Source of the DNA: Chloroflexota bacterium
GTDB lineage: Bacteria; Chloroflexota; Dehalococcoidia; Lucifugimonadales; JADFKI01
Assembly (NCBI GenBank): GCA_027623195.1
Contig: JAQBUT010000022.1
Span: forward strand, 1-64,000
Direction: 5' to 3'
DNA: 64,000 nt
A program made the position numbers and the translations under genes. This document shows, piece by piece, positions 30,208 through 40,280 of the stretch. Within the stretch, counting starts at the first letter, position 1. Each line of letters starts with the position of its first letter. The notes under the pieces were generated by a model. The model was not told the origin of the DNA. It made no database searches and saw nothing but the letters and a program-made list of their open reading frames with translations.

Positions 30208-30387
30208 AATGCACCTCCACAATAACGGAATTACTTACTTACACGTAATTATAACACTATATTTGGGTTGTTTTGTGGTTGGTAAGGCCCAGGTAAGGTT
30301 TGTATTCTGTTTGACTGAGAAAGTGCCGTAGGCTATTGTTGAAAGGTTGATCTCCAGAGAGACACATGTGCAAATCCGGAAGGCTGA

Positions 30388-31851
30388 ATGGCAGATGAAG
30401 CGGCCCGCGATTCAGGCGGCGCCAGCGCAACAGACTCCACTGCGACCCCCGACAGCGCCAACGATGACGCTGGAGAATCGGGGCGCCGCTCCCGTTCTTC
30501 GCACGTCAACCGAGACCTAACTAAAGGCAGCATACGCAAGAATCTCTGGTTTCTGGGGTGGCCCCAGGTGGCGGAAGGCGCGCTCAGCGTTGCCGACCAG
30601 CTAGCTGACCTGATATGGGCCGGGCGCATCGGGTTTCAGGCCATCGCCGGACTTGGAGCGGCGCAGGCCTACCTCGGCACCATCATGATGGCCAGGATGG
30701 GGCTGGACTCCAGTATGCGGTCCATGATTGCCAGGGCCGTTGGTGCTCGCCAAATATCCTACGCCAACCACGTCCTTCTCCAATCCCTCACGCTAACCAC
30801 CGTCTTGGCCGTCGTCATTATCGCCTTGATAATGTGGCTGACCGACTTTCTGCTGGCGTTAATGGGCCTAAGCGATGGCGTTGTTGACCAGGCCTCCGGC
30901 TACATGAGAATCCAGATCGTGGCTATGATGGTGCTGAGCTACCAGCGCATCACCGGCGGCGCGCTCCAAGCGTCCGGCGACAGCATGACGCCGTTAAGAG
31001 CTGCCACGGTCACTAGAGTCGCACATCTTCTACTTAGCCCCTTCCTGATATTCGGGTGGTTTGGCTTGCCGGCCATGGGGCTAATGGGGGCAGGAGCGGC
31101 CCGACTGGCGGCAGAGTTCATCGGCGTCGCCATGAACTTCTACGCTCTCACCAGGGGTAAAACGATGTTGCGTCTCAACCTGAGGGAGTACCGGTTGGAC
31201 CTTCCGCTAATCTGGAACATCCTGAAACTGGGCGCTCCGGCCTCCGTGACCAACATGCAGAGAGGTGTATCGCAACTGGTAGTGGTAGGCATTGCGGCCC
31301 AGTTCGGGGACATCGCCATTGCCGTTTTCGCTTTGAGCCGCAGGACGGAAAACATCGTGAACCAGGCATCCAGAGGTATGGGGCGCGCGGCTGGCGCGCT
31401 GGCGGGCCAAAATCTCGGGGCTGGGTTGGTTAGCAGGGCCAGAAGTTCTATGGTCTGGGCACTGGTGTTCACCGCGGGGTTCGTGACGCCGGTTATTCTG
31501 TTACTCATGCTGTTCCCAGAGCAGATAGCAGGATTCGTGAACTCGGAGCCCGAATTCGTGGCCACCGGCGCAGCGTGGATTGTGATAGCGGCGTTCGGTT
31601 ACATCGCTATGGGACCGGTGCAGGTGTTTACTCAGGGCTTCAACACATCAGGGTCAACGCTTGTTCCCATGATTATCACCGTGTCCACCATGTGGCTGTT
31701 TGAGATACCCCTGGCGTTCGCCCTGGCCAACTATACGTCGCTGGGACAGTTCGGTGTACCCTGGGCCATAGTTGCGGGCATGACGCTGAGACTGGTCTTC
31801 TTCGTCTGGTACTACCTCACCGGCAAGTGGCTCCGAACAGGTCTGCTATAA
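30388..31851 (+). CDS. MATE family efflux transporter
   Basis: RDLTKGSI, ~12 TM, QASGDSMTP, ILKLGAP, GQNLGAG. Confidence 0.92.
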   Translation: MADEAARDSGGASATDSTATPDSANDDAGESGRRSRSSHVNRDLTKGSIRKNLWFLGWPQVAEGALSVADQLADLIWAGRIGFQAIAGLGAAQAYLGTIMMARMGLDSSMRSMIARAVGARQISYANHVLLQSLTLTTVLAVVIIALIMWLTDFLLALMGLSDGVVDQASGYMRIQIVAMMVLSYQRITGGALQASGDSMTPLRAATVTRVAHLLLSPFLIFGWFGLPAMGLMGAGAARLAAEFIGVAMNFYALTRGKTMLRLNLREYRLDLPLIWNILKLGAPASVTNMQRGVSQLVVVGIAAQFGDIAIAVFALSRRTENIVNQASRGMGRAAGALAGQNLGAGLVSRARSSMVWALVFTAGFVTPVILLLMLFPEQIAGFVNSEPEFVATGAAWIVIAAFGYIAMGPVQVFTQGFNTSGSTLVPMIITVSTMWLFEIPLAFALANYTSLGQFGVPWAIVAGMTLRLVFFVWYYLTGKWLRTGLL

Positions 31852-31923
31852 CGGCGCCCCCGCTGTGCTATGCTTTAATCTAGCAATGCAATTGATCCAA
31901 AGGCCCCCAAGAATCAGCGGTAT

Positions 31924-32493
31924 ATGACAAACAATCCGACGCAACAGACAGAAGACGCGCCGATAAAGGCTGAATCCAAGGTTATCTGGTATAAAGACTG
32001 GATTCTGCTGTCCACCCTGCCTACTGTGATAGTGCTTGACCAGCTGACGAAGCTGTTTATCAAAAGTAATTTCTTCCTGGGTCAGTCATGGCCACAAGAG
32101 GGATTTCTTCGTCTTACTTACGCCACTAACTCGGGCACGGCGTTTGGACTGCTGCGCAACCAGACCGTGTTCCTCATTATCGCGTCGATTATCGCCGTCG
32201 GCTTTCTGGTCTACTTCTACAAGACCCAGGCGATAGTTCGCCCGACGCTGCGCCTGTCTATTGGCTTACAGTTGGGCGGAGCATTCGGGAACCTGATAGA
32301 TAGACTGAAGGAGGGCGCGGTGGTGGACTTCATCGATGTGGGCTGGTGGCCAATTTTCAACCTTGCAGACTCGTCTATCGTGGTGGGCATGACCATTCTC
32401 ATCGTGACGCTGCTCTTTTTCGACAAGAGTCCTCAGAAGCAAAACGCATCTCATGCCAGTGAGCCCGGAAGCTCTGCAACAGGAAGCCCATGA
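31924..32493 (+). CDS. lspA: Lipoprotein signal peptidase II
   Basis: DQLTK, NSGTAFG, GAFGNLIDR, VVDFI, FNLADS. Confidence 0.96.
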   Translation: MTNNPTQQTEDAPIKAESKVIWYKDWILLSTLPTVIVLDQLTKLFIKSNFFLGQSWPQEGFLRLTYATNSGTAFGLLRNQTVFLIIASIIAVGFLVYFYKTQAIVRPTLRLSIGLQLGGAFGNLIDRLKEGAVVDFIDVGWWPIFNLADSSIVVGMTILIVTLLFFDKSPQKQNASHASEPGSSATGSP

Positions 32494-33392
32494 CACAGAC
32501 TCTGCATTTCACGACAGAGGTTGAAGGCGTGCGCCTTGACCGCTACTTGGACGGTGTGTGCCCGGATTTATCGCGAACCCGCATACAGCAGCTTATCGTC
32601 CAGGGCCACGTTACGGTTGATTCGGCCAAAATCAAAGCAGGGATCAAGCTGAAAATGGGTCAGGCCGTAATAGTCATAGTGCCGGACCCCGAAGAGAGCC
32701 CACTAAAACCACAGCACATCCCTCTAGAGGTGGTGTACCAGGACGATGACGTTATCGTAGTGGAAAAACCAGCCGGCCTTACGGTCCACCCTGGCCCCGG
32801 ACATCCGGACGGCACGATGGTTAATGCGCTACTGGCCATGTGCCCAGACCTTCAGGGTATCGGTGGCACGGTGCGGCCGGGTATAGTTCATCGGTTGGAC
32901 AAAGACACGTCCGGCCTTATCGTTGTGGCCAAGAACGAGGTAGCCCACCGTAAGCTCTCCGATGCCATGAAAGCTAGGGAGTGCAAGAAGGTCTACCTGG
33001 CCCTGGTTCACGGCAACGTGAAGGAGGATGAGGCGGTCATCGAAGCGCCATTGGGCCGGGACCCCGCGAATAGGCAGCGAATGGCGATAGTGGCCTTCGG
33101 TCGGCAAGCCACTACCCGATACAAGGTAATCGAGCGTCTGCCCGGTTACACGCTGGTAGAGGTACAACTCATCACAGGTCGGACGCACCAGATTCGCGTC
33201 CACTTCGCATCCATTGGGCACCCCCCAGTGGGCGATCCGGTTTACAGTAGGATCAAGTCTTCGGTTGCTCGCCAATTTCTACATGCGCAAAAATTGGGAT
33301 TTAAACTGCCTTCTACAGACGAGTACGTTGAGTTCGAGTCGCCGCTGCCTGAAGACCTTTCGTCTTTCCTGGAGACATTGCGAAGAAGCTAA
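32490..33392 (+). CDS. rluD: RluA family pseudouridine synthase (RluD-like, S4 domain)
   Basis: RLDRYL S4 domain, KPAGLTVHP, VHRLDKDTSG, TGRTHQIRVH. Confidence 0.9.
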   Translation: MTQTLHFTTEVEGVRLDRYLDGVCPDLSRTRIQQLIVQGHVTVDSAKIKAGIKLKMGQAVIVIVPDPEESPLKPQHIPLEVVYQDDDVIVVEKPAGLTVHPGPGHPDGTMVNALLAMCPDLQGIGGTVRPGIVHRLDKDTSGLIVVAKNEVAHRKLSDAMKARECKKVYLALVHGNVKEDEAVIEAPLGRDPANRQRMAIVAFGRQATTRYKVIERLPGYTLVEVQLITGRTHQIRVHFASIGHPPVGDPVYSRIKSSVARQFLHAQKLGFKLPSTDEYVEFESPLPEDLSSFLETLRRS

Positions 33393-33485
33393 CGCGGTAG
33401 CGTGACTTAGGCCCCAATTTCCCCTGCAATCCTAGTTAGCAACGCCTCTGCCGTGCTAAAATGCCGGTGCAGGAGTTGATTTGAG

Positions 33486-34946
33486 ATGACAGGTCGCGTT
33501 CGAGTCCGTTACGCCCCAAGTCCCACCGGTGAGCCCCATGTGGGCAACATCCGCACGGCCATATTCGACTGGCTTTTCGCCAAGCACCACGACGGCGATT
33601 TCATCATCAGAATTGAGGACACCGACCAGAACCGCAAGGTCGAGGGTGCGGTTGAAGTGCAGCTTAATGCGCTGCGTTGGCTGGGCCTGGACTGGGACGA
33701 AGGTCCCAACAAAGGCGGCGATTACGGTCCGTACGTACAATCGGAGCGGCTTGGCACATACCAGCGAGTCATTGGCGAACTAATCGAGAGCGGGAACGCC
33801 TACCGCTGCTACTGCTCATCCGAGAGACTAACTAAAGTCCGCGAGGAGCAGGCCAAACGAAAGGGTACGCTGGGTTACGACCGCCACTGCCGCGACCTGA
33901 CTGATTCGGAGCGTAAAGAACTCCACAATAGCGGGGTAACGCCTGTAGTCCGCTTCAAGATGCCCCTGGAAGGCAGCACTACACTAAGCGATCTGGTTCG
34001 AGGCGACGTCACCTTCGAGAATCAGTTGGTCGACGACTTCGTTATGCTAAAGTCAGATGGCTATCCGACTTATCACCTCGCTCATGTCGTGGACGATCAT
34101 CTGATGGAAATCAGTCATGTTTTCCGCGGTGAGGACTGGCTGTCCAGCGCCCCCAGACATCTGCAGCTTTACAAAGCTTTGGGCTGGGAACCCCCCGAGT
34201 TCGCCCACCTTCCCAATATCCTGGCGGCTGACCGGTCCAAACTCAGCAAACGTCATGGCGCCACATCTATATTGCACTACGAGGAGGCTGGCTACCTGCC
34301 GCAGGCAATGCTGAACTTCCTCACGTTGCTGGGCTGGTCGCTGGACGACAAGACGGAGCTGTTCACTCAAGATGAGCTGGCAAATCACTTCAGCATCGAG
34401 CGGGTGTCTCGCTCCGGGGCCATATTCAACACGGAAAAACTGGACTGGATGAACGGCCATTATATCCGGGAGATGTCCCACGAAGAATTAGCCGATGCCT
34501 TGATTGAGTTCTGGAAGCGATACCCCGCTCCAGAGATTCCCAGCATCCCTTCCAGGGATTTTGCACTGCAGATAGCTCCACTGGTGCAGGAGAGGCTCAA
34601 GACCCTCGGCGATGCCGCGCCGCTGATATCGTTCTTCTTTCAGGACGAGTTGTCCTATGACAGCGAAGAGCTTGTCCAGAAGGGCATGGATGCCAACGGC
34701 ACCAGGGTTGGACTGCAAGCAGCGCACGGTGGCCTGGCGGACCTAGAGCCATTCAACGCTCAGTCCATGGAAGACCTGTTGAGGCCCTTGAGCAAAGACC
34801 TGAACGTGAAAGTGGGACAGCTATTTGGCTCTCTTCGCGTCGCTACTACGGGTCTTCGGGTCGCGCCTCCCCTGTTCGAGACCATGGAAATTCTCGGGAA
34901 GGAACGCACTCTGGATTCCATACAAAAGGCCATAGACAGCCTTTGA
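33486..34946 (+). CDS. gltX: Glutamate--tRNA ligase
   Basis: RYAPSPTG-HVGN, RIEDTD, CYC, RGEDW, KLSKR. Confidence 0.96.
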   Translation: MTGRVRVRYAPSPTGEPHVGNIRTAIFDWLFAKHHDGDFIIRIEDTDQNRKVEGAVEVQLNALRWLGLDWDEGPNKGGDYGPYVQSERLGTYQRVIGELIESGNAYRCYCSSERLTKVREEQAKRKGTLGYDRHCRDLTDSERKELHNSGVTPVVRFKMPLEGSTTLSDLVRGDVTFENQLVDDFVMLKSDGYPTYHLAHVVDDHLMEISHVFRGEDWLSSAPRHLQLYKALGWEPPEFAHLPNILAADRSKLSKRHGATSILHYEEAGYLPQAMLNFLTLLGWSLDDKTELFTQDELANHFSIERVSRSGAIFNTEKLDWMNGHYIREMSHEELADALIEFWKRYPAPEIPSIPSRDFALQIAPLVQERLKTLGDAAPLISFFFQDELSYDSEELVQKGMDANGTRVGLQAAHGGLADLEPFNAQSMEDLLRPLSKDLNVKVGQLFGSLRVATTGLRVAPPLFETMEILGKERTLDSIQKAIDSL

Positions 34947-34972
34947 GTGGTGCTAATTTCAAAAGAACTTTG

Positions 34973-35002
34973 TTGACACTGTAAATCGCATATACCTATG
35001 CT
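34973..35002 (+). promoter_or_regulatory. Sigma70-type promoter of the yqeY-purQ-purL unit
   Basis: TTGACA-N18-TATGCT. Confidence 0.55.
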
Positions 35003-35038
35003 CGCAGTGACGAGCCAACCTGATAACTGGTGTATTAT

Positions 35039-35494
35039 ATGCCGCTTAAAGAACAGCTAAATAACGACCTGAAAGACGCTATGCGCAGCGGCGATACCGA
35101 GCGCCGATCGACCATACGTTTTCTTCTTTCCGCGATCCACAATGATGAGATAGCCAAGCAGACGGAGTTGGACGATGACGGCATCATTCAGGTGCTGACG
35201 AAGCAGGCCCAGCAGCGCCGGGATAGCATTACGGCGTTCCAGGGTGCAAACCGTCAAGACCTGGTGGACAAGGAACAGAGTGAGCTGGAATTAATCGCGG
35301 CGTACTTGCCGGAGCAGATGTCTGAGGATGAGGTTCGAGGGATCGTCCAGCAGGTGTTAACCGACACCGGTGCGTCAGGCCCGCAAGATATGGGCAAGGT
35401 TATGGGCCAGCTAATGCCGAAGGTTCGAGGGAAGGCCGACGGCAAGATGGTCAGCAACATGGTCAACCAAATGCTGCGAGGATTGGCCGAATGA
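35039..35494 (+). CDS. GatB/YqeY domain protein
   Basis: [35 protein letters not shown]. Confidence 0.93.
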   Translation: MPLKEQLNNDLKDAMRSGDTERRSTIRFLLSAIHNDEIAKQTELDDDGIIQVLTKQAQQRRDSITAFQGANRQDLVDKEQSELELIAAYLPEQMSEDEVRGIVQQVLTDTGASGPQDMGKVMGQLMPKVRGKADGKMVSNMVNQMLRGLAE

Positions 35495-36216
35495 AATTCG
35501 GGGTTGTAGTCTTCCCCGGTACCTGGAGCGATGTCGACTGCTTCGACGTTATTCATGACGTTCTTAAAGAGCCTGTCGAATACGTCTGGCACAAGGACAC
35601 CGACCTTTCGGCTTACGACTGCATTATCCTTCCAGGCGGCTTTTCTTACGGCGATTACCTTCGGTGCGGAGCCATCGCGCGCTTCTCGCCCGTGATGAAG
35701 TCCGTGGCAGAATCGGTTGAGCAGGGCAAGCTGGTCATTGGCATCTGCAATGGCTTTCAGATTCTCTGTGAGGCCGGGTTGCTGCCCGGCGTGTTAAGAG
35801 CCAACGACCATCTGCAGTTCAGATGCCAGTGGACGGACTTGCGTGTGGAGAACCAGTCCACCCCATTCACCTCGACGTTAAGCGAGGGGCAGGTCATAAG
35901 CGTTCCAATATCCCACGGCGAAGGCAACTACTTTGCCGACCCCGAAACGCTTGCCATGCTGGAACGCGATAACCGCGTGGCATTCCGCTATTGCGGTCCC
36001 GCTGGAGAAGTAACCTCGGAGTTTAATCCCAATGGCTCAATGAACAACATAGCAGGCATTACCAACGCCCAGGGCAACGTGCTTGGCATGATGCCGCATC
36101 CCGAAAGGTGCTGCGACGAGATACTGGGTGGAGTTGATGGCACGGCAATATTCGAGTCCATGGCCAGGTGGGCGTCCGGCGATAGGATGCAAAAGGTTCA
36201 GGAGACGACGGCTTAA
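35491..36216 (+). CDS. purQ: FGAM synthase glutaminase subunit
   Basis: [38 protein letters not shown]. Confidence 0.96.
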   Translation: MKFGVVVFPGTWSDVDCFDVIHDVLKEPVEYVWHKDTDLSAYDCIILPGGFSYGDYLRCGAIARFSPVMKSVAESVEQGKLVIGICNGFQILCEAGLLPGVLRANDHLQFRCQWTDLRVENQSTPFTSTLSEGQVISVPISHGEGNYFADPETLAMLERDNRVAFRYCGPAGEVTSEFNPNGSMNNIAGITNAQGNVLGMMPHPERCCDEILGGVDGTAIFESMARWASGDRMQKVQETTA

Positions 36217-36638
36217 TGCTGGGTGTTTTACTGAGTTTGGCGGCGGCCCTGGGGTTCGGAGGGAGCGCCGTATTAGCTCGGGTTGGCCTGCAGTACATCA
36301 GCCCGGTCACCGGTACGCTGGTGTCCCTGTTGGTCGGTATTGTAATCACCACAACGCTGGCTTTAGTCTTCCATTTCGACGACATCGTTGGACTGGCAGC
36401 TATAGCGTTCGCCTGGTTCCTGCTGGTAGGAATACTGAACTACCCCATGGGTCGGCTGCTTAATTACAACAGCGTAAGCAAACTGGGAGTGGCCAGGTCG
36501 GCCCCCGTGGTTGGCGCATCGCCTCTGTTCGCGGCCGTGGTGGCCGTAACCGTCGGCGGTGAGGTCATGACTTTGCCCATATTCGTCGGGACCGTGGCAA
36601 TCATAAGCGGCATTGCCCTCATCGTAAGCCAGAAGTGA
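36216..36638 (+). CDS. Half-size EamA/DMT transporter (one EamA repeat)
   Basis: 140 aa, ~5 hydrophobic helices, LGVARSAP..GASPLFA..GGE. Confidence 0.8.
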   Translation: MLGVLLSLAAALGFGGSAVLARVGLQYISPVTGTLVSLLVGIVITTTLALVFHFDDIVGLAAIAFAWFLLVGILNYPMGRLLNYNSVSKLGVARSAPVVGASPLFAAVVAVTVGGEVMTLPIFVGTVAIISGIALIVSQK

Positions 36639-37102
36639 CCCTCACAAACACGGCCACAAGGCAAAAGGTCCTGGGTTACGGGTCGGCGTTGGCCGCTGCC
36701 GCATGCTATGGCACTTTGGCGGTAATCGGCAAAAAGGTCGTTAGCGACATCGCCCCGCCACTGGTGGCTACGTCCTTTTCGATGATAATCGGCACATTTA
36801 TTCTGGCAGCTATCTTTCAGCAGAATATTCGCAAAGACCTGGTGGTTCGGCCGGCTCTCAAGGGTTGGATTTTTGTGTCCCTGGCCGGAGGGGCCGCCAC
36901 ATGGGGTGTGACCTTCTGGTTCCTGGCGCTTAGCCAAGCGCCTGCCATCATGGTGGCGCCCATAGCCAGCATACATCCTGTGCTTTCAGTGCTTATCACG
37001 TTGGTCTTTCTCAGGAAGACTGAAAGGGTTTCCAAGAAGACTTTGGCGGGGGCATTGCTGGTTACCTTCGGCGTATTGTTAATTACATTGGGCGGAAATT
37101 AA
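36635..37102 (+). CDS. Half-size EamA/DMT transporter (one EamA repeat)
   Basis: 155 aa, ~5 helices, VAPIASIHP...FLRKTER; GTG overlaps the upstream TGA. Confidence 0.78.
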   Translation: MTLTNTATRQKVLGYGSALAAAACYGTLAVIGKKVVSDIAPPLVATSFSMIIGTFILAAIFQQNIRKDLVVRPALKGWIFVSLAGGAATWGVTFWFLALSQAPAIMVAPIASIHPVLSVLITLVFLRKTERVSKKTLAGALLVTFGVLLITLGGN

Positions 37103-37145
37103 GCTGGATTCGATCTGATTGGGACTGAACGATGAGCGCATCCAT

Positions 37146-39359
37146 ATGAGTGTTACAAAGGAAACTCTGGACCAACTGGCCATTTCCGATGCCGAGTATG
37201 AGGCCATTGTGGAGAGGCTGGGCCGCGAGCCTAACGAGCTTGAGGTAGGCCTGTTCGGTTCCATGTGGAGTGAGCATTGCGGTTATAAGCACTCCAAGCC
37301 TCTGCTACGTCTGCTGCCCAGCGACAGCCCACGCATGATGGTGGAGCCGGGGGCCGAAAACGCTGGTGTTGTTGACATAGGGGACGATCTCGCCATTGTG
37401 ATGAAGATCGAGTCTCACAACCACCCATCGGCCATCGAGCCCTATGAGGGAGCTGCCACAGGCGTTGGCGGTATAGTGCGCGACATTTTCGCCATGGGAG
37501 CCAGGCCTATAGCGTTATTGAACTCGCTGCGTTTTGGCCCTCTGACCGATGCCCGAAATCGATACCTCTTTGAGGGAGTGGTCGCCGGGATTTCAGGATA
37601 CGGCAACTGCATTGGTGTTCCCAACGTAGGCGGGGAAGTTGTGTTCTCGCCCACGTACTCAGGCAACCCGCTGGTGAATGCCATGTGCGTCGGCATCCTC
37701 AAGAAGGGCGAGCTTGTTAGCGCAACGACCGGGGAGCCCGGGCATCTGATAATGCTAGTGGGTTCCGGAACTGGTAGGGACGGCATACATGGCGCGTCCG
37801 GGTTGGCGTCACGGGCCTTTGAGGATGACCGAGAACTGCGTCCAACGGTCCAGGTGGGCAACCCATTCATGGAGAAGGTACTTATCGAGGCATGTCTAGA
37901 GGTGGCCAAGACCGATCACTTCATCGGCATTCAGGACCTGGGTGCCGCAGGTCTGACCAGCGCCAGCGTAGAGGCAGCCGCCAGCGGTAACTGCGGTCTG
38001 GATATTGATGTGGCCCTTGTTCCCAGGCGCGCAGAGGGCATGAATCCTTACGAGGTTATGCTGTCGGAATCCCAGGAGCGCATGCTCATAGTGGTGAAGA
38101 AGGGCCACGAAGATCAGGTGAAGGCCATCTTCGACAAGTGGGATCTGGACTCCACGGTGATAGGTACCTCGACTGGCGACGGCCTGGCCCGGATTCGTGA
38201 CAACGGCGAGGTGGCAGGCGAGATTCCCGTGACCCTCCTGACAGACCCGCCTTTGTACCGATTGCAAGGCGTGAAGCCGGCCTGGCTGACACCGTTACAG
38301 CAGTACGACCTGGCCTCGGTGCCGCTTCCGAACGCCTCAGCGTCGGAAATACTGCACAGACTCCTGGCCTCTCCCAACATCGCCAGCAAGGAATGGGTAT
38401 CCCGTCAGTACGATCATCAGGTGCAGACCAATACCGTGGTGCCGCCTGGCGGGGACGGTGCGGTAATGCGAATAAAAGGCACCAAGAAGGGCATATCCCT
38501 GGCCACCGACGGCAATGGGCGCATCTGCTATCTAGACCCCTTCGTTGGCGGCATGATCGCCGTGGCGGAGGCATGTAGAAACGTAACGTGCACAGGAGCG
38601 GAGCCTATTGCTCTGACCGACTGCCTCAACTTTGGCAATCCTGAAAAACTGGAGATCTACTACCAGCTTGAAGAGGCCGTGAAAGGGATCGCGGAGGCGG
38701 GTAGGGCTTTGGGCGCACCAGTAATAAGCGGCAACGTGAGCTTGTATAACGAGGCCCATGGCATGGACATATACCCGACGCCCGTGATTGGGGCGCTGGG
38801 CCTGCTGGAAGACGTGAGCCGTCACTGTAGCACAGGCTTCCTCGGCGCGGGCGACAAGGTAGTTTTGCTGGGCTCAACTGACCTGAAAGGCGAATCAGCG
38901 TCCTTGGCGGGAAGCGAGTACCTGGAACTAATCCACGATCTGGTAGCTGGCCAGCCAGCGTTGGACCTGGACCTGGAAGTGTCGTTGCAAAGGGCATGCC
39001 GTCGCCTGGTATCCGAGGGCGTTGCCCACTCGGCGCACGACTGCTCCGACGGTGGGCTTGCCGTGACGCTGGCGGAGTCCTGCATTGCGGGAGACGTAGG
39101 GCTAACGGTGAACGCCGAGGTGTCCGGCAGGTGGGACGCAGCGCTTTTTGGGGAGACCCAGTCCAGAATAGCCTTGTCACTTTCGGCGGCTGACTTGCCA
39201 AAGCTAGAGCGCATTTGCGTAGAAGAGGGCGTTCCCTGGGTGGAGCTAGGCATCACAGGGGGCCAGATCCTGATGATACCGGGCCTTTTGGAATCTTCCG
39301 TGGCTGAACTAAGGGACTCCTGGCAGGGTGGACTACCGAAGGCGTTGGAGTATAAGTAG
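37146..39359 (+). CDS. purL: FGAM synthase subunit PurL
   Basis: MWSEHCGYK, KIESHNHPSA, TGRDGIHG, QDLGAAG, LSESQERM, LNFGNP, SAHDCSDGG. Confidence 0.97.
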   Translation: MSVTKETLDQLAISDAEYEAIVERLGREPNELEVGLFGSMWSEHCGYKHSKPLLRLLPSDSPRMMVEPGAENAGVVDIGDDLAIVMKIESHNHPSAIEPYEGAATGVGGIVRDIFAMGARPIALLNSLRFGPLTDARNRYLFEGVVAGISGYGNCIGVPNVGGEVVFSPTYSGNPLVNAMCVGILKKGELVSATTGEPGHLIMLVGSGTGRDGIHGASGLASRAFEDDRELRPTVQVGNPFMEKVLIEACLEVAKTDHFIGIQDLGAAGLTSASVEAAASGNCGLDIDVALVPRRAEGMNPYEVMLSESQERMLIVVKKGHEDQVKAIFDKWDLDSTVIGTSTGDGLARIRDNGEVAGEIPVTLLTDPPLYRLQGVKPAWLTPLQQYDLASVPLPNASASEILHRLLASPNIASKEWVSRQYDHQVQTNTVVPPGGDGAVMRIKGTKKGISLATDGNGRICYLDPFVGGMIAVAEACRNVTCTGAEPIALTDCLNFGNPEKLEIYYQLEEAVKGIAEAGRALGAPVISGNVSLYNEAHGMDIYPTPVIGALGLLEDVSRHCSTGFLGAGDKVVLLGSTDLKGESASLAGSEYLELIHDLVAGQPALDLDLEVSLQRACRRLVSEGVAHSAHDCSDGGLAVTLAESCIAGDVGLTVNAEVSGRWDAALFGETQSRIALSLSAADLPKLERICVEEGVPWVELGITGGQILMIPGLLESSVAELRDSWQGGLPKALEYK

Positions 39360-39369
39360 GCTTTTCACG

Positions 39370-39398
39370 TTGACAGTAAATCGACATAATGCTAAATT
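39370..39398 (+). promoter_or_regulatory. Sigma70-type promoter with extended -10
   Basis: TTGACA-N17-TAAATT with TG at the extended -10 position. Confidence 0.75.
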
Positions 39399-39407
39399 GG
39401 ATGTAGA

Positions 39408-39434
39408 TTAGCAGTCATCATTGATGGCTGCTAA
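39408..39434 (+). promoter_or_regulatory. CIRCE-like (HrcA) operator
   Basis: TTAGCAGTC-N9-GGCTGCTAA vs consensus TTAGCACTC-N9-GAGTGCTAA, between promoter and RBS. Confidence 0.7.
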
Positions 39435-39460
39435 TTATGTCATCACAGGAGTGATTTATT

Positions 39461-39793
39461 TTGCCACGTTATGATTACAAGTGCGACGCGTGTAGTCACA
39501 GGTTCGAAGAGAAGCAGAGCTTCAGCTCCGAGCCAGTGGCTGTCTGTCCAGAATGCGCCGGTAGAGCCAGTAGGCAATTCGTCGCAGTTCCCGTAGTTTT
39601 CAAAGGTAGCGGTTTTTACGTAAATGACTACGGTAAAAACGGCAGCACGACTAAGGCCAAGTCTAACAACGATTCCTCGTCTGATTCGGATAGCAAGTCC
39701 GAGTCCAAGACGGAAAAATCGGAGACCACGACGGCCAAGGCAGAGACAACACCCGCTGCCTCCACCAGCACTAGCGACAGCAAGGCAGACTAA
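39461..39793 (+). CDS. FmdB family zinc-ribbon protein with low-complexity S/K/T tail
   Basis: MPRYDYKCDAC...CPEC...FKGSGFYVNDY; AGGAG RBS, TTG start. Confidence 0.92.
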   Translation: MPRYDYKCDACSHRFEEKQSFSSEPVAVCPECAGRASRQFVAVPVVFKGSGFYVNDYGKNGSTTKAKSNNDSSSDSDSKSESKTEKSETTTAKAETTPAASTSTSDSKAD

Positions 39794-39795
39794 CA

Positions 39796-40260
39796 TTGCG
39801 TGCCCTTGTTCAAAGGGTATCGCAGGCGTCTGTCAGCGTTAACGGCGAGACTCTGGGCCGGATTGGCCCAGGTCTGGTTATCCTGGTGGGCGTGTCCCGA
39901 GATGATAACGAGCCAGACGCTGACTACATAGTTGCCAAAGCCGTTAACCTCAGGATATTTCCCGACGAAGAGGGCCGTTTTGATCGGTCCGCCCTGGATA
40001 ACTCCTCTGAGTTACTGGTGATTAGCCAGTTCACACTCTTTGGCGACACGCGCAAAGGCCGTCGCCCCAGTTTTACCCAGGCTGCGCCTCCGGAACAGGC
40101 TGACGCCGCTTTCACTCAGGTACTCGAAAAAATTCGGGCGACTGGCCTTAAGGTGGAGACGGGTCGGTTTCAGGCTCACATGCTCGTGGAGATTAGCAAC
40201 GACGGTCCGGTGACCATCATGTTGGACTCGTCGGACCAGGAAAGGCCCAGGAGGGGTTAG
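39796..40260 (+). CDS. dtd: D-aminoacyl-tRNA deacylase
   Basis: MRALVQRV, NLRIF, SQFTL, KGRRPSF, NDGPVT. Confidence 0.96.
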   Translation: MRALVQRVSQASVSVNGETLGRIGPGLVILVGVSRDDNEPDADYIVAKAVNLRIFPDEEGRFDRSALDNSSELLVISQFTLFGDTRKGRRPSFTQAAPPEQADAAFTQVLEKIRATGLKVETGRFQAHMLVEISNDGPVTIMLDSSDQERPRRG

Positions 40261-40280
40261 TTAAGGTCTGCCGAGGACTA

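Noticed and set aside
33394..33404. GCGGTAGCGTG resembling the RfaH ops element
   Set aside because: 11/12 match but upstream of gltX, about 27 kb from the NusG paralog and glycan operon; likely chance
33436..33459. TTAGCA...TGCTAA as a second CIRCE
   Set aside because: Spacer is 6 rather than 9 nt and inner positions mismatch; the right arm is better explained as an extended -10 (TGcTAAAAT)
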